64,000 nt of DNA from a virus. This document shows positions 29,045-38,791 of this stretch, one piece after another. The notes under the pieces were generated by a model. That model did no database searches and was not told the DNA's origin. It was given only the letters and a program-made list of their open reading frames with translations. The position numbers and the translations under genes are program-made. The stretch is taken from the IMG/VR virus record IMGVR_UViG_3300035099_000181, positions 1-64,000 of that record; one strand, written 5' to 3'. Positions within the stretch are counted from its first letter, which is position 1. Each line of letters opens with the position of its first letter.

Positions 29045-31375
29045 ATGCCTAAAGACTTCCCAAGTGCGGTATCAGCACAGATCGTGGCGCAGAACAAGCG
29101 CCCTGCTCTTTTGTATGAGCTCGGCATAGCCGGGACCACGCTCTACTACACTGATTCTAAGGAAAGCCTGGTATTCGCTGGGCGCACCTACACACATAAG
29201 GCTATTGCTATTTCTCAGGTTGAGCAATCCGCAGAAGGCCAGATCAACGGAATAACCGTCCAGTTCGACAATACCACACGAGACATGGCTGCTTATGCTA
29301 TCTTGGACACCTTCGAGAACAAACCTTTGGTAGTCAAGCGGATTTACCTTGACGCTATGAGCGGAAGTACTTTGTATAATGAGTACTTCCGGGGCGAGAT
29401 GGAGACCCCGTCTTCTATCGACCAGAGCTGGCTCAAGGTCAAGGCGAACTCAGGCCAGCCTCTTTACAAGAGAGCAATGATTCGTCAGTATCAGAAATCT
29501 TGCAACAACCTGTTTGGCGATGAGAACTGCAACGCCGGATGGTATTCTGATTTGAACTCTATAGCAAATCTTATAGGCTATTGGCCTTTAGATGCCTTAG
29601 ACGGCGGGGTTGCCTTAGACCGGAGCGGATACGGAAACAACGGGACTCCTGAAGGGGGGACTGACGCAGGCGACATCTATCCTGGCGTGCAGGGCAATTG
29701 CTTCGTATTCAATGGGAGGACTAGCACCGCCTCCGACAGGATTGATTGCGGGAACGCTTCTCCTCTCATAAACATTGGCTACGGGAGCTTCACGATATCC
29801 TACTGGTGCAGGCTGAAATATGTTAGTTCTGCTGCTTCAGGGACCACAGGATGCCCAGTCTCCAAATTCGTCTCCCCGGACCTGATAAACTGCCGGTTCG
29901 CCTCGAATGCCCCGAGCTTCATAATAGTCAAGGGGGCTGTTAGCAAGAGTGGCACCTTCACAGATCTCGCCCTGCAGACCAATGACTTCGCATGGCATCA
30001 TTATGTCTTCGTGGTAGACCGAAGTGATACCCTAAACGGGGGCAGCGAGAAGGTCTACTGCTACAAGGATGGCGTATTGAGCGCGACCACCATAGACCTG
30101 ACAGGGCTTGCTTACAACGCCACGAATACGGGGAATGTAAGCATAGGGGGCACGGGATCTGGCTATCTCGGGATACAGGGATACGTCGATGACGTGAGGA
30201 TCTACAACAGGGCACTGACTCCTGGAGAAGTGCTTAAGATCTACAACTACATAGGCAGGAGCATTGTGCCTGGGCTGGTGGGGTATTGGTCAGCTAACGA
30301 GGCGACAGGAACTACCGCATATGACCTAAGCGGAAATGCTAATAACATAACGCTGATAGGCGGTGTGACGAGGGCATCTGGTAAGTTTGGAACAGGAAGC
30401 TTGCATTTTGACGGGAGCGCAAGATACGGCAGCGCAGGGGCAGGAGCTACGCTCAATACGACCACACAGCTTTCCGTGGCCTTTTGGACCAGAATGGACC
30501 ACGCGAATTCTGCCATCCCTACTGACAGCGAGTACTTCCTCGCCAAGGCAAGCGGGAATGCGCAGGTACCAGCAAACTTTTCCTACCGAGTCAACATCAT
30601 GGGCAGGGGGAACAAGAATCTTGACTACATATCCTTCGCCTTGTCCACTGGCGGTGTCTCTCTTGGTACTTCCTCAGCCGCTTCCTTAGTGATGAGCTCT
30701 TTTGCTTTGAACACGTGGTATCATCTGGCGGCGACCTGGAATGGTGTCACGATGCAAATCTACCGCGATGGGCAGGAAGTGAGCACAGTGAGTAGGGGAT
30801 TTGCCTCTACTGTCAATTCCCTTCCCGCTGCTCCATTGTACGTGGGAGTGTCTCAACCTGGAGTTAACGGCATGTACCTGGATGGGGACATAGATGACCT
30901 CAGATTGTGGAGTAGGGGGCTGACCCCTACTGAGGTACTGACTGTCTATAACATAGGCTCTCCTGGCCTTTACTCTCATCAGGGAATTGCTTCTGGACAT
31001 ACTCCTCCTATGACTACTTGTGGCAAGGTGAGGACAGGCAGCACGAACTACTTTACGGACCCAAGCATGTCAGCGCAGGTTGGACCCAATTCCGATGACT
31101 ATTGGAACTTCGGGACCGTTAGGATAGGCAAGTCGGGAACGACCTACACGCGGGTGGTTGATGACTATGTGTCAGGCACGTCAAGAGTGTCATGGACTTT
31201 AGGCCTCCCCGTGACACTAGACAGCACTTACAGATACGAGATTCAGAAGGGGTGCCCAAGAACCATGGAGGCTTGCTCGGGGACATATTCTTATGGGCCA
31301 TACAAGAACAACTCATTAAACTTCGGAGGGTTCGTCCATATAGGCCGCAGCAGAGACAAATTAACAACGATATAG
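29045..31375 (+). CDS. Tail hub (gpL/DUF2163-like) protein with two inserted LamG/concanavalin-like domains
   Basis: SCNNLFGDENC and GCPRTMEAC..NFGGF Cys motifs flank two LxGYW..D.SG..N.G ... W.H ... G..DD.R...R.LT domains. Confidence 0.75.
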   Translation: MPKDFPSAVSAQIVAQNKRPALLYELGIAGTTLYYTDSKESLVFAGRTYTHKAIAISQVEQSAEGQINGITVQFDNTTRDMAAYAILDTFENKPLVVKRIYLDAMSGSTLYNEYFRGEMETPSSIDQSWLKVKANSGQPLYKRAMIRQYQKSCNNLFGDENCNAGWYSDLNSIANLIGYWPLDALDGGVALDRSGYGNNGTPEGGTDAGDIYPGVQGNCFVFNGRTSTASDRIDCGNASPLINIGYGSFTISYWCRLKYVSSAASGTTGCPVSKFVSPDLINCRFASNAPSFIIVKGAVSKSGTFTDLALQTNDFAWHHYVFVVDRSDTLNGGSEKVYCYKDGVLSATTIDLTGLAYNATNTGNVSIGGTGSGYLGIQGYVDDVRIYNRALTPGEVLKIYNYIGRSIVPGLVGYWSANEATGTTAYDLSGNANNITLIGGVTRASGKFGTGSLHFDGSARYGSAGAGATLNTTTQLSVAFWTRMDHANSAIPTDSEYFLAKASGNAQVPANFSYRVNIMGRGNKNLDYISFALSTGGVSLGTSSAASLVMSSFALNTWYHLAATWNGVTMQIYRDGQEVSTVSRGFASTVNSLPAAPLYVGVSQPGVNGMYLDGDIDDLRLWSRGLTPTEVLTVYNIGSPGLYSHQGIASGHTPPMTTCGKVRTGSTNYFTDPSMSAQVGPNSDDYWNFGTVRIGKSGTTYTRVVDDYVSGTSRVSWTLGLPVTLDSTYRYEIQKGCPRTMEACSGTYSYGPYKNNSLNFGGFVHIGRSRDKLTTI

Positions 31376-31382
31376 GAGACTT

Positions 31383-31787
31383 ATGGAAATAGTAAAGGCT
31401 GAGATAGAGGACATTCCGCAGATCCTTACCTTGCCTGACGAGGAATTCAAGCATATCGTCTCTTCAGGTGAAAAAGGGGAATGGGTGCAATGGCTCATAA
31501 ATCAGGCAACAATAACCAAGAAAATGCACGTATGGCTCGGGTATGAGGCTGAAAAACTTATCGGGTATGCGGTTGCTATGGATAATGTGATGCCTCCCTT
31601 ATCGGTCAATGCCTTCATTCTTGTGTACTGCTGGCCTATTGACTGCATTGAAGATTTTCTGGGGACTATTGAGACTTTCGTATACAGGAATGGAGGAAGG
31701 AATCTATTCGCTATTACAGGAAAGATAGACCTGTTCAAAGAGCTTGATTTCAAGCCATTTGGAATAATAATGAGGAGAGAAATTTGA
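31383..31787 (+). CDS. GNAT-like acetyltransferase 1
   Basis: IVKAEIEDIPQI N-terminus, LIGYA, LFKELDFKP..MRREI. Confidence 0.55.
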   Translation: MEIVKAEIEDIPQILTLPDEEFKHIVSSGEKGEWVQWLINQATITKKMHVWLGYEAEKLIGYAVAMDNVMPPLSVNAFILVYCWPIDCIEDFLGTIETFVYRNGGRNLFAITGKIDLFKELDFKPFGIIMRREI

Positions 31788-32242
31788 TTACAATCCGACG
31801 CCTCACTTTAGAAGATGATATCATGAATCTGTCTTCCTTGAGCGATGACGGGGCAGCGATAAACAAGGCATTTGAAGGATGTTCTCTCGACAGATGGTAC
31901 AGGTGGATATCGAGGAGAGGACAAGAAGACAGGTTTCTTATCCTTGCCTTCTATGATTCTGACAGAGTGCTCGGATATGAGATTATGCAGGATGTCTCTT
32001 TTTATCCAATATCGAGGACCGCCAGGATTTTGTATGCTTTTCTGGAACCGGATTTCAGAAAAAGCACTGAGGTAGAAACTAAAGTCAAGGCATTTAGAAT
32101 GATGATGGAATGGGCAAAGGAACGAGGAGTCAGATCAATAAACATTGCTCCATTCAGCAGAAGTGCCGCTAATTCTGCAGCTCTATTTGGATTCAAAGAG
32201 ATGGGAACTATCCCAATGACTATGAGAGTACAAAATGACTGA
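31784..32242 (+). CDS. GNAT-like acetyltransferase 2
   Basis: IRRLTLEDD, VLGYE, MEWAKERGVRSI and LFGFKE. Confidence 0.6.
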   Translation: MITIRRLTLEDDIMNLSSLSDDGAAINKAFEGCSLDRWYRWISRRGQEDRFLILAFYDSDRVLGYEIMQDVSFYPISRTARILYAFLEPDFRKSTEVETKVKAFRMMMEWAKERGVRSINIAPFSRSAANSAALFGFKEMGTIPMTMRVQND

Positions 32243-35200
32243 TGTTCTTGAAGAAGGAGCAGAATATATTGCTGGCGCTTTAGTTGGCGTCGCTTCAATA
32301 GTTTTTCTTGGTCCTCTTGCGGTCCCTACCTTGGCTCCTTTCTTCGGGGGATTTATGGCTGCAGAAACCGCAGTAGGGCTTTCTATAGGTGCAGGATTTG
32401 CTGCTGCTGGTGGTCTTGCATATATGGCAGCAACTACAGTAGGAGCTTTAACTTCTATTCCTGAACTACCCAAGGTAGGTCAGGCAAGTCCAACATACGG
32501 GAAAGACTTCCTCTATGTCACCATTGCTGAGGGCATCCCGATAGGACGCGCGTATGGCCTTCTTCGGCTCGCCGGGAATGTTATCAGGACCAACGAGGCA
32601 ACAGATGCAGACTTGCGCATGATAGTCGCCCATTGCATGGGGGAGGCTAGCGCTCCTCTCGCATATGATGTTAACGAGGTTCTGTGGGACGGGCTTGGGA
32701 TCTCGGGAACTACAACTTACACTTTCCATTCAGGCACCACTTCTCAATTTGCGGATACAAGATTCCCTTCTGTCAGCGGCGTCTCCTCCCCATATCATGG
32801 TCTTGCATACACAGCATTTACCCTCCCGAAGGACACGAACCAGGTAGGCAATTCGCCCAATGTCACCGTCACGGGACATTGGCAAAAATGCACGCCCATA
32901 GGAGGGCCGAAGGGAGCTGGGGCCAAGATATGGTCTAACAATCCTGCTGTCGTGATGTACGACTGGTACGTCAATGTGGAGGGGTTCTCAGTCGAAGAGA
33001 TGGATAACGACAAGTTTCGAGAGCTTGAGACGTACTGTGACGACACACTTTCTGGAAATGCTGTTCCGATAATGCCCCCACTCAGTACAAATACAGTCAA
33101 AGCAACATCGGAATACTGGCCTGCAGGATTGAATCGGCATATGTTCTCTTTCGACAATCGCAGGTCTCTGACCGGAGACAGCTCCAACAGGCAGTGGTTC
33201 TCAGCCGCGGGCAGCACGACTAACCAGCGAATCAACGTTGACATGGGCCAGGCTTATGTCATCAACAAGGTCGTGATCGAGAATGCCCACACTTCTGGTG
33301 TCAATCTTACTTACGGAGTCCAGAACTTCTCCATCCAGGGAAGCAACGAACCCGCTGACTTCGCGGATGCCTCATGGGCCTCGACGGGCAACTGGGTAGA
33401 CGTGGCTGTAGGGAAGACAGCACAGCAGCATGTAGCCGCTGACACGGAAGACCCGCAGGAGTTCTCATTTAGCAACACCATCGCTTATCGTTACATCTCA
33501 TTCAAGTTCGCCAACAACTGGGGATCAGCTATTTCCATGGCCGTGCGAAGGATCACCATTTACGGGTATATGCCTAAGCGGTACACGTTTGACTATATCT
33601 TCGACTCCAAGATCACAGCAAATGACGCTAAGAAGATTATATGGCGCTCGTTTAACGGATGCTGCATACGGAGCCAGGGCAAAATCCGGCCAGTGTGGGA
33701 GTCGGCGAAGAATGTGTCTCATAACTTCACACTCGCTAACATAGTCAAGGGCAGCTTCTCCTGGTGGCGTCCGAAAGCGCCTAACATCATCAGGATCAAC
33801 TATATAGAGTCATACAACAAATGGCAGAAGGACTGCGTGGAGCTGAGGCGTGACGATGATATATCCCAGAACGGCGAGATCCTGTACGAGGAGGAGGCTT
33901 GGTATATAGCAAACGGGTCCATGGCTCGGAGGAGATGCCAGTTTGTGCATGACAAGGGAGCGATGACTGACGCCTGCTGCCGGCTTGGCGGGTTCAGTGA
34001 CTCTTCTCATTTAGAGATATATGACCGCGTGACCGTAACGCATCCGTTGCCTGGATGGACTGCAAAGGATTTCATTGTCAGGTCCAAGCAGGAGGATACT
34101 TTGGGACGTTGCGTGTTCGAGCTTGAGGCTTACTATGAAGGAATCTATCTCGGTGAGGAAGCAGAGCCTCAGAAGGGGTACATGTCATACTTGCCTAATC
34201 CTTTCGAATGCACTGAGCACGTCTCTTCCTTGGCTGCTTCTGCTACTTATTATTGGAATTCTGACGGACAGTATATTCCAAGAGTTCTGGTGACATATAC
34301 GCCTCCTGATGCCCTTGATTACAGCCGTTCTGCTATCTACGTCGGAACGGATGGGGTAAACTATTCTTTCTATGGATATGATGGGTCAAATGGCAGCGGA
34401 TTCTATGTCGTCGGTCCTGTGGCTGGATTCCAGGCAGGGGATACGTTATATGTGAAGGCAGTGGCAATAAACTCAAAAGGGATTGAGGCTGGGTTGAGTC
34501 TCTCCCCTTCCACCAATGTAGCAATTATGCTGCCTGTTATCCAGACTGCCTTAGATGATGCTCCCGTGTCAGGAGGCAGACTCTTCCTACCAAAGGGCAG
34601 TTATACATTAACATCAAGCGTAAGTGTGCCTGACAAGCCAATCAATTTTGTGGGAGCCGGTAGAAGTCTGACACAGATAACTTGTCCATCTGGAAGTACA
34701 GGATTTATATTCTATAATAAAACTAAGACTTTCAAAATGTCCTCTATGAAGATAATAGGAGGAGCTGATGCCGCATCCCCGTCTCCTTCGCCTGCTCTGA
34801 TACATTGCTACGGAGATGTCAATAATTCTATGAGTCTTTTCATGGAAGATATTCATTTTAATCCTCGCGATCCAAATCAATATGGAGCAACTGGACAGAT
34901 TGGAATAAGAATACATGATGGCAGTGCTGGTGTAATTAAAGCTTCTGCTTGTATGTTTGAAGGAGGAGCTGACGCAATTAGAGGAGGAACTTACGAGGAT
35001 GGTCAAACTGATTGGACGGGAACTTATGCTTTTGAAAATAATAAATTTATTGGCCAGATGCAAAGAGCAATTTTGTTATGGGGGGGAGGAGATTTAACCA
35101 TCTCTGGAAATGTGATTCAAGATTTTCGCTGGACAGGAATCACGATAGCGGCCAGTCCAAACAATTGCAACATTTCTAATAATATCATAGTAGGCGGAAA

Positions 35201-35690
35201 TGATGCCTTTTCCGGATCGACGGATATGTATGGAATGTTTTTAGCTGGAAATTACCTAAATGTAATAGGAAACAGCATCACGATGGCAGATACAAGATCG
35301 TCGGCAACTCATACAGGAATCTTTGCTGTGGCGGTCAACACATGTAAGATGGATGGAAATATCATAAAAATCTCATCTAACAATAAATACAAGTCCTATG
35401 GAATTTATGATTTTTCCTCTACTAGATGTTCTATACAAGGGAATGCTATAGCTATAGCTAATTCAAATGCTACGAGAGATCACTATGGTATCTTTTGTTG
35501 GGGTACAAGAGGAATCGTTTCAGGTAATTGGATAAATATGACGAATACTGGAGCCAATGATTATGGAATCTATCTTCCAGTTGGCGGCGATTATTATCAA
35601 GGTTATGACAATACTGTAGATAATGTAATTGCAACACAAGGACTTAGAGATCTTGGTTCTAGTAATAATGTCACTGTGAAGGAAGTCTGA
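32235..35690 (+). CDS. Central tail tip protein (gpJ/Tal-like) with a discoidin-like insert and a C-terminal pectin-lyase-like beta-helix
   Basis: GIPIGRAYG..AGNVI, WSNNPA..YD, LEIYDRVTVTHP; IQTALD..GGRLFLPKGSY followed by parallel beta-helix repeats. Confidence 0.8.
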   Translation: MTDVLEEGAEYIAGALVGVASIVFLGPLAVPTLAPFFGGFMAAETAVGLSIGAGFAAAGGLAYMAATTVGALTSIPELPKVGQASPTYGKDFLYVTIAEGIPIGRAYGLLRLAGNVIRTNEATDADLRMIVAHCMGEASAPLAYDVNEVLWDGLGISGTTTYTFHSGTTSQFADTRFPSVSGVSSPYHGLAYTAFTLPKDTNQVGNSPNVTVTGHWQKCTPIGGPKGAGAKIWSNNPAVVMYDWYVNVEGFSVEEMDNDKFRELETYCDDTLSGNAVPIMPPLSTNTVKATSEYWPAGLNRHMFSFDNRRSLTGDSSNRQWFSAAGSTTNQRINVDMGQAYVINKVVIENAHTSGVNLTYGVQNFSIQGSNEPADFADASWASTGNWVDVAVGKTAQQHVAADTEDPQEFSFSNTIAYRYISFKFANNWGSAISMAVRRITIYGYMPKRYTFDYIFDSKITANDAKKIIWRSFNGCCIRSQGKIRPVWESAKNVSHNFTLANIVKGSFSWWRPKAPNIIRINYIESYNKWQKDCVELRRDDDISQNGEILYEEEAWYIANGSMARRRCQFVHDKGAMTDACCRLGGFSDSSHLEIYDRVTVTHPLPGWTAKDFIVRSKQEDTLGRCVFELEAYYEGIYLGEEAEPQKGYMSYLPNPFECTEHVSSLAASATYYWNSDGQYIPRVLVTYTPPDALDYSRSAIYVGTDGVNYSFYGYDGSNGSGFYVVGPVAGFQAGDTLYVKAVAINSKGIEAGLSLSPSTNVAIMLPVIQTALDDAPVSGGRLFLPKGSYTLTSSVSVPDKPINFVGAGRSLTQITCPSGSTGFIFYNKTKTFKMSSMKIIGGADAASPSPSPALIHCYGDVNNSMSLFMEDIHFNPRDPNQYGATGQIGIRIHDGSAGVIKASACMFEGGADAIRGGTYEDGQTDWTGTYAFENNKFIGQMQRAILLWGGGDLTISGNVIQDFRWTGITIAASPNNCNISNNIIVGGNDAFSGSTDMYGMFLAGNYLNVIGNSITMADTRSSATHTGIFAVAVNTCKMDGNIIKISSNNKYKSYGIYDFSSTRCSIQGNAIAIANSNATRDHYGIFCWGTRGIVSGNWINMTNTGANDYGIYLPVGGDYYQGYDNTVDNVIATQGLRDLGSSNNVTVKEV

Positions 35691-36121
35691 TGAATTGTGC
35701 TTTGTCTAGAAAAGACAATAATAGTATTAGTAATTTTTTGATTGATTGTATCAGGAAAGACAACAATCTTATTGGATCAAACATGAAACTACTAACTTCC
35801 AAGAAGTTGGAGGACTTCTGGATCTTGACGTGGACGAATGACATAGCCAATCCGATATTTGATGATTTTGGAATTTTATTGGGGTACGATAAGAAAGTCT
35901 CCGACCTGATTCCGCTTCCTGCGCCTTCCACAGCCACAAGGACTTCTCACATGGACTACGAGGCTGCCGTCAGAGTCAGAGAGCAACTATCTAGTCTAAC
36001 TTATGCACAGCTGGAATCTTACGTGAAGTCAAACGTAACCGACCTGCAATCCGTTAAGGACTATCTCGTGAAACTGTCCAAGGTCGTCCTGGCTATTATC
36101 AAAATGCAAGACAAGGAGTAA
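35690..36121 (+). CDS. Hypothetical protein (start may be 35783)
   Basis: ORF between the tail tip gene and the holin. Confidence 0.55.
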   Translation: MNCALSRKDNNSISNFLIDCIRKDNNLIGSNMKLLTSKKLEDFWILTWTNDIANPIFDDFGILLGYDKKVSDLIPLPAPSTATRTSHMDYEAAVRVREQLSSLTYAQLESYVKSNVTDLQSVKDYLVKLSKVVLAIIKMQDKE

Positions 36122-36124
36122 AAG

Positions 36125-36715
36125 ATGGGATGGCAAGATGTCGTAGGAAAGATAGCAGGAGTTGCTCCTATGCTCGGAGCAATTCTTGGTGGCCCTCTTG
36201 GAGGAGCTGCGGGAACCCTGGTCAAGACTGTCGCAAGTCTTCTTGGTTGTGAAGCAACTCCTGAAGCGATAGATGCGACTATTTCAGCTAATCCGGAAGC
36301 ATTACTGAAGCTCAGGGAATTTGAGGGTAATAATCGAATAGAGTTGGAAAAGATTGTCTTAGAGCATGCTAAGCTTGATGTCGAAAAGCAGCGCCTCGAA
36401 GTGCAGCAGGACATGGCAGCTCTATCAGAAGTCAACCAGACAATAAGAATAGAAGCCGCGAGTGAGCACTGGGCTCAGTGGGCATGGCGTCCTTACTGGG
36501 GATTTATTTCTGGAACCACTTTTTTCGTTGTCTGTTCCTTCGTTTGCTACCTCTGCTACGAGGCGATAGTAGAGAAAGACCCTACGGCAGTAGGTATGAT
36601 CCCGGTCATTATAGGAGCATTCACAACTCTTTTTGCGGTTCCTGGGGCTATCCTCGGCATAACAGCCTGGGGCCGGAATCAACTCAAGGAGGCTCAGGTA
36701 AAGAAAATCATATAG
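36125..36715 (+). CDS. Holin (3TM / GTA-holin-like)
   Basis: APMLGAILGGPLGG, WRPYWG, two C-terminal TM helices, basic tail. Confidence 0.75.
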   Translation: MGWQDVVGKIAGVAPMLGAILGGPLGGAAGTLVKTVASLLGCEATPEAIDATISANPEALLKLREFEGNNRIELEKIVLEHAKLDVEKQRLEVQQDMAALSEVNQTIRIEAASEHWAQWAWRPYWGFISGTTFFVVCSFVCYLCYEAIVEKDPTAVGMIPVIIGAFTTLFAVPGAILGITAWGRNQLKEAQVKKII

Positions 36716-36719
36716 ACAG

Positions 36720-36747
36720 TTTACTTTTCGTAAAATCACGCTATAAT
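36720..36747 (+). promoter_or_regulatory. Sigma-70-like promoter TTTACT-N16-TATAAT
   Basis: TATAAT ends 6 nt before ATG 36754, suggesting a leaderless transcript. Confidence 0.55.
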
Positions 36748-36753
36748 ATAAGC

Positions 36754-37068
36754 ATGAACTACGCTTATCTCAGATCGAGAATGATTCCTATCTTCTCGGA
36801 AGGGCCTTTGCCGGAGGGTAGGTGGCTTCCTATCTCCGCGGTGGCAGCCAAGGTCGGGAAATCGAATCAGACCGTCCGGCTCTGGTACCTCTCCGGGAAA
36901 ATTCGGGGGCTGAAACCGAAAAAGGGGGCCCTACTCGCCAGTCTGGATGACGCAGAAAAGGTTCTCTGCGACCAGGCCAAGAATGTCCAATATCCTCAAG
37001 ACGTTACGCGAAAAATGGCGTTTCTCAAAGAAATTCCCCGAAAATCAAAGAAACGCAAGCCTTTGTAA
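36754..37068 (+). CDS. Excisionase/MerR-like HTH DNA-binding protein
   Basis: LPISAVAAKVGKSNQTVRLWYLSGKIRG. Confidence 0.7.
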   Translation: MNYAYLRSRMIPIFSEGPLPEGRWLPISAVAAKVGKSNQTVRLWYLSGKIRGLKPKKGALLASLDDAEKVLCDQAKNVQYPQDVTRKMAFLKEIPRKSKKRKPL

Positions 37069-37405
37069 ATAGTGAGTTTGATTAGCAATTTAGTGTAAGC
37101 CTCTTAAGCGAGGAAACAGGATCGGATCAAGAGCGATATAAGGGCTAAACCGAGAGTCTCTTAAAAACGATTCTACGCTGTCTAAGAGGTGTTCCAAAGA
37201 GCCTCTCGAGGCTTACCCATCCTCCTTATATATATAGGACTGACCCGTAAAAAAGTTTCAGTCCGCCAAAAATTTCTTTTCCAATCATTTCGGCTAGTTA
37301 CGCGAAAATCAACGAAAATCCAAGAGAATCTATCAAAACGAGAGCCTTTCACACGGATCAAGGCTCTAATCTCCCCTAATCGGCTCCAATCCCACCGTAC
37401 CGGAT

Positions 37406-37434
37406 TTTACTTTTCCTAAAAAGGAGCGTATTTT
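37406..37434 (+). promoter_or_regulatory. Sigma-70-like early promoter TTTACT-N17-TATTTT, copy 1
   Basis: Conserved in both repeat copies. Confidence 0.5.
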
Positions 37435-37542
37435 TCTATTTAATGATGGTGAGGGTCTTTGAGATGGATGGTGAGGGTTTTTGAGATGGCTTGACGGAGT
37501 TGGGGCGACAGAAAGCCCCGACGATCTTAAAGGAGGCAGGAG

Positions 37543-37677
37543 ATGGACGATCTTTTAGAGAAAATCAGGGAAGCGGCTGTCCGCGCTATTGCGGCGATGG
37601 ACACGGCTTTATTAGAAGACGCGGTAGAGAACTGGGAGGTTGCTCTCCCAGAAATTGAGATGTTAATTTTTTCTTGA
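37543..37677 (+). CDS. 44-aa acidic helical protein, copy 1
   Basis: AGGAGG RBS; MDDLLEKIREAAVRAIAAMDTALLEDAVENWEVALPEIEMLIFS. Confidence 0.7.
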   Translation: MDDLLEKIREAAVRAIAAMDTALLEDAVENWEVALPEIEMLIFS

Positions 37678-37896
37678 CCAGCTTCCTCGACGGACTCTGT
37701 TCTGTCCGCCGAGGAGAGGATGACTGGGACTGACCCATGAAAAAAGTTTCAGTCCGCCAAAAATTTCTTTTCCAATCATTTCGGCTAGTTACGCGAGAAT
37801 CGACAAAAATCCAAGGGAATCTATCAAAACGAGAGCCTTTCACGTGAATCAAGGCTCTAATCTCTCCTAATCGGCTCTAATACCACCGTACCGGAT

Positions 37897-37925
37897 TTTA
37901 CTTTTCCTAAAAAGGGGCGTATTTT
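37897..37925 (+). promoter_or_regulatory. Sigma-70-like early promoter TTTACT-N17-TATTTT, copy 2
   Basis: Same motif as 37406-37434. Confidence 0.5.
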
Positions 37926-37988
37926 TCTATTTAATGATGGTGAGGGTTTTTGAGATCTTGACACTGATAATCTTAAAGGAGATAGGAG

Positions 37989-38123
37989 ATGGACATTTTA
38001 GAGAAAATCAGGGAAGCGGCTGTCCGCGCTATTGCGGCGATGGACGCCACGATAGTGGAGGATGCGGTAGAGAATTGGGAGGTTAACCTCCCAGAGATTG
38101 AATTTTTTCTTGTGACTGACTGA
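37989..38123 (+). CDS. 44-aa acidic helical protein, copy 2
   Basis: MDILEKIREAAVRAIAAMDATIVEDAVENWEVNLPEIEFFLVTD; reading frame conserved relative to copy 1. Confidence 0.7.
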   Translation: MDILEKIREAAVRAIAAMDATIVEDAVENWEVNLPEIEFFLVTD

Positions 38124-38183
38124 CCCGGCGACGGGGCATCGACCTTCTCGCCGATGCCCTGCAACGGGGCCAGTTTCAACCCG
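38118..38183. repeat. Intergenic element A, copy 1 (hairpin GGGCATCG-ACCTTCTCGC-CGATGCCC)
   Basis: Matches 38957-39022. Confidence 0.9.
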
Positions 38184-38278
38184 AGGGAGTATTCCACCGA
38201 GGTGGCCAGGGCGCAACTCCCTGGCGGGCGGCTGGCCAAAGGGACGCTCTTACCCCGAGAGCATGTGAGGAGGGTGCG

Positions 38279-38304
38279 ACTCCCTCCTGGGGGGAGCGTC
38301 CCAA
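38279..38304. repeat. Intergenic element B (ACTCCCTCCTGGGGGGAGCGTCCCAA)
   Basis: Exact copy at 39033-39058; its extension CGTCCCAAAAATTCTAACGCCCCTAC recurs at 40202-40227. Confidence 0.9.
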
Positions 38305-38327
38305 TTTAGAAAAGAAGGAGAGGGGAA

Positions 38328-38534
38328 ATGAACGACGACGCGAAGATCGGGCACATTCTTGTCCGTGATATTTGCCGGAACGGCGGGCTTTTCCGCTGCC
38401 GCATTGTCAAAGTGACCGCCAAGACTCTGATCCTCGAGAACGACGTGAAAGTGCGTCGTTCCGATGGCTACGAACTCGGGTCCCGCAGCAATCGCGGGTC
38501 CTGGGAGGGCGCTCGCTATTGGAGAGTGCCCTGA
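38328..38534 (+). CDS. Hypothetical early protein
   Basis: Strong RBS; RIVKVTAKTL..VRRSDGYE. Confidence 0.65.
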   Translation: MNDDAKIGHILVRDICRNGGLFRCRIVKVTAKTLILENDVKVRRSDGYELGSRSNRGSWEGARYWRVP

Positions 38535-38606
38535 TTAGAGGGGATTGCATAAGGCCAGGCACGGGGCCTGGCCAGAAACGCCTGCAAGGGCAAGGGAGGG
38601 GAGCCA

Positions 38607-38791
38607 TGACGGCGGCGGACCTGAAGAAAGAAATCGCCCGGTTGGACGCGATAAACGCGCCCGACCGAGCATACCGGTCGTTGTTCAGCTCAATGACGCG
38701 CCTCAGCCTGCGCCGCGGGCAAACATGGCGCGGGCGGGCCCTGGCCTGGTTGGCCAGGGAAACGGCCCTACGGGGGCAAGGAGAGGAATGA
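38607..38791 (+). CDS. Hypothetical early protein
   Basis: GGAGG RBS; MTAADLKKEIARLD; start coordinate approximate to 1 nt. Confidence 0.5.

Larger units (their letters stand above)
37237..38123. repeat. Large imperfect direct repeat (copies start at 37237 and 37727), each with a promoter and a 44-aa ORF
   Basis: GGACTGACCC..AAAAAAGTTTCAGTCCGCCAAAAATTTCTTTTCCAATCATTTCGGCTAGTTACGCG shared at a 490-bp offset. Confidence 0.92.
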
